This document shows, piece after piece, positions 58,746 through 64,000 of a stretch of DNA of 64,000 nt. This DNA comes from Thermodesulfobacteriota bacterium. GTDB taxonomy: Bacteria > Desulfobacterota > Desulfobacteria > Desulfobacterales > C00003060. Location of the stretch: the NCBI GenBank assembly GCA_034189385.1, contig JAXHVD010000017.1:1-64000 (forward strand), given 5' to 3'. The stretch's first letter is position 1. Every line of letters begins with the position of its first letter. Made by a program: the position numbers and the translations under genes. A model generated the notes under the pieces. The model saw only the letters and a list, made by a program, of their open reading frames with translations. It was not told where the DNA came from and ran no database searches.

Positions 58746-61511
58746 GTGGGTGGAGGTTGTGGACGCGGGCCCTTTAGACAGGGAGGCGTGAGACATATCT
58801 CTAAGACCACAGCACGCGTCATCGAGACATCCCTGATCGCCCTTCTTGTTTTCACCCCCCTTGCCCGTGGTGCGGTTCAGCCCTGGGCAGTATCCATTGC
58901 CCACTTTCTCACTTTCATCATGGTCACCACCTATCTGTTGGGCGTCGTCTTTGGCGCCCAGCCCCGGCCAGGAAGAACGCCTCTTGATCTTCCCCTCGTG
59001 GCCCTTTTTCTCCTGGCCCTTTTCTCCTCTCTCTTTTCCATTGAGCGCCATAGCAGTGTGGTGGCCCTTGCACGATTGGCCCACTACGTGGCTCTCTACG
59101 TCATCGTCGTCAATACTGTCAGGCGCAGGGACCAGGTGCGGCGTCTGGCCTATACGATCGTGGCCGTAGGGAGCTTTTTGGCGCTCTTCGGCCTGATCAA
59201 GTACTTGGGAGGGCTCACGCCACCCTGGTGGGACTATGATGTTCAATCTGCCGGTCTCACAGCCACCTTTGTCAACAAGAATCACCTGGCCGGATATATG
59301 GAAATGGCCATTCCTGTGGCCGCCGGTCTCCTGTTAGCTGCAAGAAGGGGGTGGGAAAAGGCCCTGTTCGCCTTTTCTATCTTCCTCCTGTGTGTGGCCC
59401 TGACCTTGTCCCTTTCCCGCGGCGGGTGGATATCGGCAACCTTTGCCTTAGGCCTGATGTGTTGCCTTTATCTCATGAAGGCAAAGAGGCATTATAAAGG
59501 CTTGATGGTCGGCGCCGTGTCCGTGGCCACGGTGGTGGTCTTGACGGCACTTGCCAGCGCCCCTGTCGTAGGGCGGCTGGAGACATTGACACACGGGGAA
59601 GATATGGGCAAGCGCCAGGGGCGGCCGGCCCTGTGGGCCAAGACCCTGGATCTCATAGAGGATCATGCTGTGCTCGGCACTGGCCCCGGAACTTTTCCCA
59701 TTGCCTTCACGCCGTACCGGCCGGCTGGTGTAAATTCGACATACCAATACGCCCACAATGATTATCTCCATTTTGTATCAGAAACAGGCCTCTTTACCTT
59801 GGGGATCATGTTGTGGCTGGTGGCCGCTTTCTTCCCATGGGCCACAGCAAAGATCAAGGCCACAAAGAGCGAGCTGACCCTGGGCATCACCCTTGGCGCT
59901 CTTTCCGGCATGGTGGCCATCATGGTGCACAGCCTCGTGGATTTTAATCTGCACATCATGGCCAACGCTACGCTTTTTACGGTCTTGGCAGGGCTTGTCA
60001 TGTCTCCGGCCCATGGCCCTTGGACTGCTGGTCGTTCCCCTTTGCGCTTTCCACTGTCCGCCGCAACAACCATGCCTGTGGTGAAGACAGCACTCACTGT
60101 GACCATGGTGGGCCTCTTTGCCTTGGGAAGCCATTTTCTCTACCGATGGTTCATGGGGGACTACTTCATCCACCGGGCCAAGGAGTTGGAAAAGACAACA
60201 GGCTGGAACACGTCCATGGGCGCCTATGAAAAGGCCCTTCAATATGGGCCGGGCAACCCTGAGTATCACTATCTCTTCGGCAGGTTCTATCAGATGTTTG
60301 CAAAGGCAGCCAAAGATGAGGGCATCAAGGAGATGCTCTTTCAAAGGGCCTGGGCTGAACTGGAAGAGGCAAGAAAGGGGTCGCCCAGGGATGCCCGTAC
60401 CTATCTGGCCCTGGCTCAGACGTCAGAGGGCCTCGGGCGTCTGGGCCAGAGCGCGTCAACAGACTCCACAGAGACATGGTATCAAAGGGCAGTCTCCCTT
60501 TATCCACACAGCGCCCCATATCGCTATTTCCTGGCCAGGCATTACAAGAGGGCGGGAGACGTTGAAAAGGCCTTACACCACGTTTCGACCATGCTCGCAC
60601 TTGATCCCAGTGCCGACAGATACATACGGCACCATGCCTTCTGGGATGTGCCGAACATAGACAAGGCAGCAGAAAAGGCCCTGGAAAAGGCCCTGGAGAA
60701 TCCTTTTACCTGCAACGCCGCTGCCGCGGCACTGGCCGCCAGGTTGGCGGAAAAGAAGAGGTGGCTGGAGGCTGCCCAGGTATACGGACGCCAAGTCCCG
60801 GAAAGTGCCTTTGCAGACCGCAGTGGCTACTACATACAGATGGGTCGATACTTGCTCCTGGGAGGCGAAGAAAGAGCGGCTGAGGTCTATTTTTTACGGG
60901 CCCTTGAAGGGGCCTCTGATCTCTTTGCCGCGCTGAGAGGCGTGAAGACGGCATACCAGCGGGCGGAGCAATTGGACCGGCTTTCTGTCTTGTTTGAAAC
61001 CCTGAAGCAGGGTCGCCCAGAGGTGGTGGAAATCGACCTCTATTTGGCGCAGGTCTTATACGAACAGGGGCAGTACAAGGAAGCCCTCGCTTACCTTGAT
61101 GCCTTCTTAAGGGTCAAAGAGACGTCAGGGGTCGATTTTTGGATGGCCAAGACCTTGAAGGCCTTGGGAAAGGATTACAAGGCCGAAGCCTATATCAAGC
61201 AAGCGATCAGGTGGGAGCCGGAAAATGCCCAGTTCCACCACTTCTATGCCGGTCTTTTGTATGATCGAGGACGTTTTTTAGAGGCCCTTGAAGAAGCCGA
61301 CAGGGCCATTCATGCCTCCCATGGGGAGAATGCCTGGTACCTGGACCGCAAGGCCTGGATACTCTACCGCATGAAACGTTACGACGCAGCCATCAAGGCG
61401 TGGCAGCGGGCGGCCACGTTGAAACCGGCGCACAAGGCCTTCCGTCGCCAGATTGACATGGCCAAAAGAGAAGCCAATGGAGACGCTGTGAACCGGCTAT
61501 TAAGCTATTGA
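58746..61511 (+). CDS. O-antigen ligase/Wzy_C-family membrane protein with C-terminal TPR array
   Basis: TFVNKNHLAG, SLSRGG, GTGPGTF, AHNDYL..SETG, HSLVDFN, many TPRs; start uncertain (58746/58788). Confidence 0.88.
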   Translation: MGGGCGRGPFRQGGVRHISKTTARVIETSLIALLVFTPLARGAVQPWAVSIAHFLTFIMVTTYLLGVVFGAQPRPGRTPLDLPLVALFLLALFSSLFSIERHSSVVALARLAHYVALYVIVVNTVRRRDQVRRLAYTIVAVGSFLALFGLIKYLGGLTPPWWDYDVQSAGLTATFVNKNHLAGYMEMAIPVAAGLLLAARRGWEKALFAFSIFLLCVALTLSLSRGGWISATFALGLMCCLYLMKAKRHYKGLMVGAVSVATVVVLTALASAPVVGRLETLTHGEDMGKRQGRPALWAKTLDLIEDHAVLGTGPGTFPIAFTPYRPAGVNSTYQYAHNDYLHFVSETGLFTLGIMLWLVAAFFPWATAKIKATKSELTLGITLGALSGMVAIMVHSLVDFNLHIMANATLFTVLAGLVMSPAHGPWTAGRSPLRFPLSAATTMPVVKTALTVTMVGLFALGSHFLYRWFMGDYFIHRAKELEKTTGWNTSMGAYEKALQYGPGNPEYHYLFGRFYQMFAKAAKDEGIKEMLFQRAWAELEEARKGSPRDARTYLALAQTSEGLGRLGQSASTDSTETWYQRAVSLYPHSAPYRYFLARHYKRAGDVEKALHHVSTMLALDPSADRYIRHHAFWDVPNIDKAAEKALEKALENPFTCNAAAAALAARLAEKKRWLEAAQVYGRQVPESAFADRSGYYIQMGRYLLLGGEERAAEVYFLRALEGASDLFAALRGVKTAYQRAEQLDRLSVLFETLKQGRPEVVEIDLYLAQVLYEQGQYKEALAYLDAFLRVKETSGVDFWMAKTLKALGKDYKAEAYIKQAIRWEPENAQFHHFYAGLLYDRGRFLEALEEADRAIHASHGENAWYLDRKAWILYRMKRYDAAIKAWQRAATLKPAHKAFRRQIDMAKREANGDAVNRLLSY

Positions 61512-61556
61512 GCTATTGAGCTGGTAAGCTAGTGAGCTAATGAGCTGCTCAGCTGC
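61493..61556. repeat. Degenerate 8-bp tandem repeat (tgagctnn), 8 units
   Basis: taagctat tgagctat tgagctgg taagctag tgagctaa tgagctgc; reverse-complement type of 48811-48946. Confidence 0.75.
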
Positions 61557-61899
61557 AATAAAATACTGTAAAAGTTCTGCAATTATCTTGACATTTATTT
61601 AATTTTTAGCTAGTTAAAGGTCAGTTAAAATTATGATAGCTTTAATTATATATAATTAATATACATATATTGATAATAACAACGGTTTTCGCTTCCACAA
61701 ACAGTCTTTCGTAAGGGGTTGACTGGGCCGGCTCTGTGTAATCCAGGGAGCGGAGCTGTGTCTGGTCTGAGATCTTAAGGCCTCAGACCTTTACATGGGA
61801 TTCAAACAACGATACCATGGCAATGAACGTTCGAAAGAGTTATGCAAAGCTCTCGCTGTCTTGATGTGCAGGGGAGGAGGCCGGCCCCGGAAGGTTGAA

Positions 61900-62286
61900 A
61901 TGGAGCAGGCAAGAAAGAAGATCCTGAGTGATGCCTTGTCGGGTCGTGATGAAATCCTTTTCGCCCTCCTCTACGGCACGGCCGCTGAGGGCTTTCGTTT
62001 TCGCGACTTGGACATTGGGATCTTTGTGAACCGGAAGATCATACCGGCTGAAAGGGAGCTGGCATATGCCTTTGCCCTCTCAGACGAATTGGCATCCATG
62101 TCTTCATGTCCTGTGGACGTTCGCGTTATCAACGATGCCCCTCTACTCTTTCGTCGCAGTGTGAGCTGCGGGACCCCGCTGGTGGTAAACGATGAGGAGG
62201 TCTTTACCACTTTTTTGACGCGAACGTGGAGTGAGTTTCTCGATTTTCAGCCAGTGGCCATGAAATACCTGAAAGAACTGCGATGA
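61900..62286 (+). CDS. MNT (minimal nucleotidyltransferase) antitoxin, MntA-like
   Basis: LYGT(x9)DLDIGI, VDVRVINDAP; ATGA overlap with the HEPN gene. Confidence 0.85.
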   Translation: MEQARKKILSDALSGRDEILFALLYGTAAEGFRFRDLDIGIFVNRKIIPAERELAYAFALSDELASMSSCPVDVRVINDAPLLFRRSVSCGTPLVVNDEEVFTTFLTRTWSEFLDFQPVAMKYLKELR

Positions 62287-62719
62287 AAGAGGTAGATCCC
62301 ATCCGCATCAGAGATCTGCTGGGGAACATGAACGATGCGCTACGCCGCTTGCGGGAACTGGGTGATGTGCCTGAAGAAGCATTTCTTGCCGACTATCGCA
62401 ATACCGAGAGTGCGAAGTACCTGCTCATTGTTGCCATGGAAAGCGCCATCGATTCGTGCAATCATATAGTGGCGCGCAAAGGGGGAGGGCGCCGCAGGAT
62501 TATGCCGACTGCTTTACGATTCTTGCCGAGCTTAAGGTTGTTGACTCGCAACTGGCTTCACGCCTCAGGCAGATGGCACGGTTTCGAAATCTCATTGTCC
62601 ATCTTTACTGGCAGGTAGACAACCGGCGGGTTTACTCCTTGATTCGTGAGGATCTTGTCGACTTGGATCTCTTTCGCGAACAGGTCCTGGATTGGGGACA
62701 ATGGGGCAGGACACACTAG
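62283..62719 (+). pseudogene. HEPN/DUF86 toxin (HepT-like), frameshifted
   Basis: Frame 1 ...AIDSCNHIVARKG continues in another frame as GRAPQDYADCF...RFRNLIVHLY; shift at the G5 run 62481-62485. Confidence 0.85.
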
Positions 62720-62730
62720 AGGAACGGCAT

Positions 62731-62941
62731 GGCAGTGGTTAGGGCGGTTTCTGTGCAATGGAAAGGTCGGGATGGGGAGACTCGCTTCACTCCGGCCTCC
62801 AATGCCTTTCGCAGCCGTCCGAAGAGGATGGGTCGCAATGGCTGTAGGCCCCTGTTGAGATATGTCCAGCGAATCTCCCCATCCCACTTTTGTCGAATTA
62901 GGCTCAATGATTTGAAGTGACGTAAAAGTGTGGCGAGGTTT
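62731..62941 (+). repeat. Single family C repeat unit
   Basis: Same gggatggggagactcgct...agcgaatctccccatccc core and same orientation as the arrays. Confidence 0.9.
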
Positions 62942-62953
62942 CCCAAAACTACC

Positions 62954-63607
62954 ATGATTGCCAATGACAAAAACTGGATAGTCTTTCTCTTTGCCCTGGC
63001 TTTGTTGGGGGCATCCTTTTACTCCCTATGCTGGGCCCAAGGCGATCTTAACGTCACATGGGAAAAGGAGACCCTTTATTCTGCTGAAATTACCGGCGTG
63101 CCCCTGCAGCGTGTCCTTGAGCACCTGTCAGACGAAGAGGGCATGTGGTTTGAGGCTCACAAGTCTGTTGCCGCTCACAAGGTCTCTGTTCATTTCGAGG
63201 GACTTTCATTGGAGGAAGGGCTAAGACGCATCTTTGCTGGCCTCGACTATAGCCTTGAGTTTGACGGCGAGGGCAACCCAAGCGGCATCGTCATTATCGG
63301 TGAAGAGAAATCGCCTCGTGCTCGTGGAAGGGTAAAGGCCCCCACGGCCCGCCGCAGAGTTCCCGTGCGGAGCCGGAACACGACAGAGCCCATGGAACTC
63401 GATGAAGATGATGAAGACGACGAGGACGACGAGGAGAGGTCCTCCACCGTCGGGCCCTACGGGCCTGATCAGGTGCGCGTCCAAAAACGGAGAGGTGTCA
63501 TGAAGCCGCCACAGCCAGATGAATCAGCGGACGAGGAATCTCCTTACGGCCCGGGCGATGTGAACCCTGAGGGGGCAAAAAGCGCTCAGGAGAGCGAGAC
63601 GCCTTAA
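62954..63607 (+). CDS. Secreted protein with STN (secretin/TonB N-terminal)-like domain and acidic tail
   Basis: Signal peptide (CWAQ); PLQRVLEHL...VSVHFEGLSLEEGLRRI..LDY; D/E run. Confidence 0.65.
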   Translation: MIANDKNWIVFLFALALLGASFYSLCWAQGDLNVTWEKETLYSAEITGVPLQRVLEHLSDEEGMWFEAHKSVAAHKVSVHFEGLSLEEGLRRIFAGLDYSLEFDGEGNPSGIVIIGEEKSPRARGRVKAPTARRRVPVRSRNTTEPMELDEDDEDDEDDEERSSTVGPYGPDQVRVQKRRGVMKPPQPDESADEESPYGPGDVNPEGAKSAQESETP

Positions 63608-63693
63608 TCTCCTCGTGAATCTGCCTCACCCCCACCGGCCCACGGTCAGCGGCCAAATGTAAACGGTTCACCCCGTGAAATAGGGTTCTCCTT

Positions 63694-63927
63694 AATCCAG
63701 CATCAAGCATCGTAAGAGATCACCGTTCACCGACAAACATCTGCGAACCGAAGCACTGAGCCCACTAAGGACAACGGACAACCGTCAACGGTGAACGGCT
63801 ATCAGGGTAAACGATTATCCGGCATCCAGCATCCAGCATGATGTTTTGTTCCCATCAATGGTCAACGGATAACGGTCAACGTTCAACAGTGAACCTCCAT
63901 CATGGTAAACCCTTATCCGGCATCCAA
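63694..63927. repeat. Mixed 7-bp tandem repeat patches (atccagc; tcaacgg/tgaacgg)
   Basis: atccagcatcaagcatc, acaacggacaaccgtcaacggtgaacgg, atccggcatccagcatccagc, gtcaacggataacggtcaacg. Confidence 0.6.
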
Positions 63928-64000
63928 TGCCCACACCCCTAAAAAGACCCTCAGCCAAAACTGGATCATCAGCCCATGAGTGAATTAGCCTTGGATGGAG

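Overview
Bacterial chromosome segment whose gene content suggests Desulfobacterota/Deltaproteobacteria (inference). 0.6-10.3 kb: arfB and a nitrogen-assimilation cluster (sigma54-promoted glnA, nadE, split glutamate synthase). 10.3-24.7 kb: an accessory signalling block, the most interesting part of the window. It holds an unannotated 29-aa Cys-Cys precursor peptide, a radical SAM/SPASM maturase, an MFS exporter, a TonB-dependent receptor, an OppA-like binding protein without permeases, a Cache/HAMP kinase, a sigma54 response regulator and a divergent sigma54-promoted, terminated ~230-nt candidate sRNA. Together these resemble a RiPP-based peptide signalling circuit. 24.8-44.6 kb: housekeeping and accessory genes (four-helix bundle protein, purL/purQ, sfsA fusion, IHF-like, tRNA-Phe, rsmE, a PopZ/RomR-like acidic protein, valS) with many MITE/REP-like elements and tandem arrays of a structured ~225-bp repeat. 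44.6-61.5 kb: a duplicated Wza/Wzc-type export locus with no glycosyltransferases in the window, each module headed by a secreted Ala-rich protein ending in (A/V)SPx. 61.9-64 kb: an MNT-HEPN toxin-antitoxin pair with a frameshifted toxin, and an STN-like protein. All calls come from reading motifs by eye; no database searches were run.
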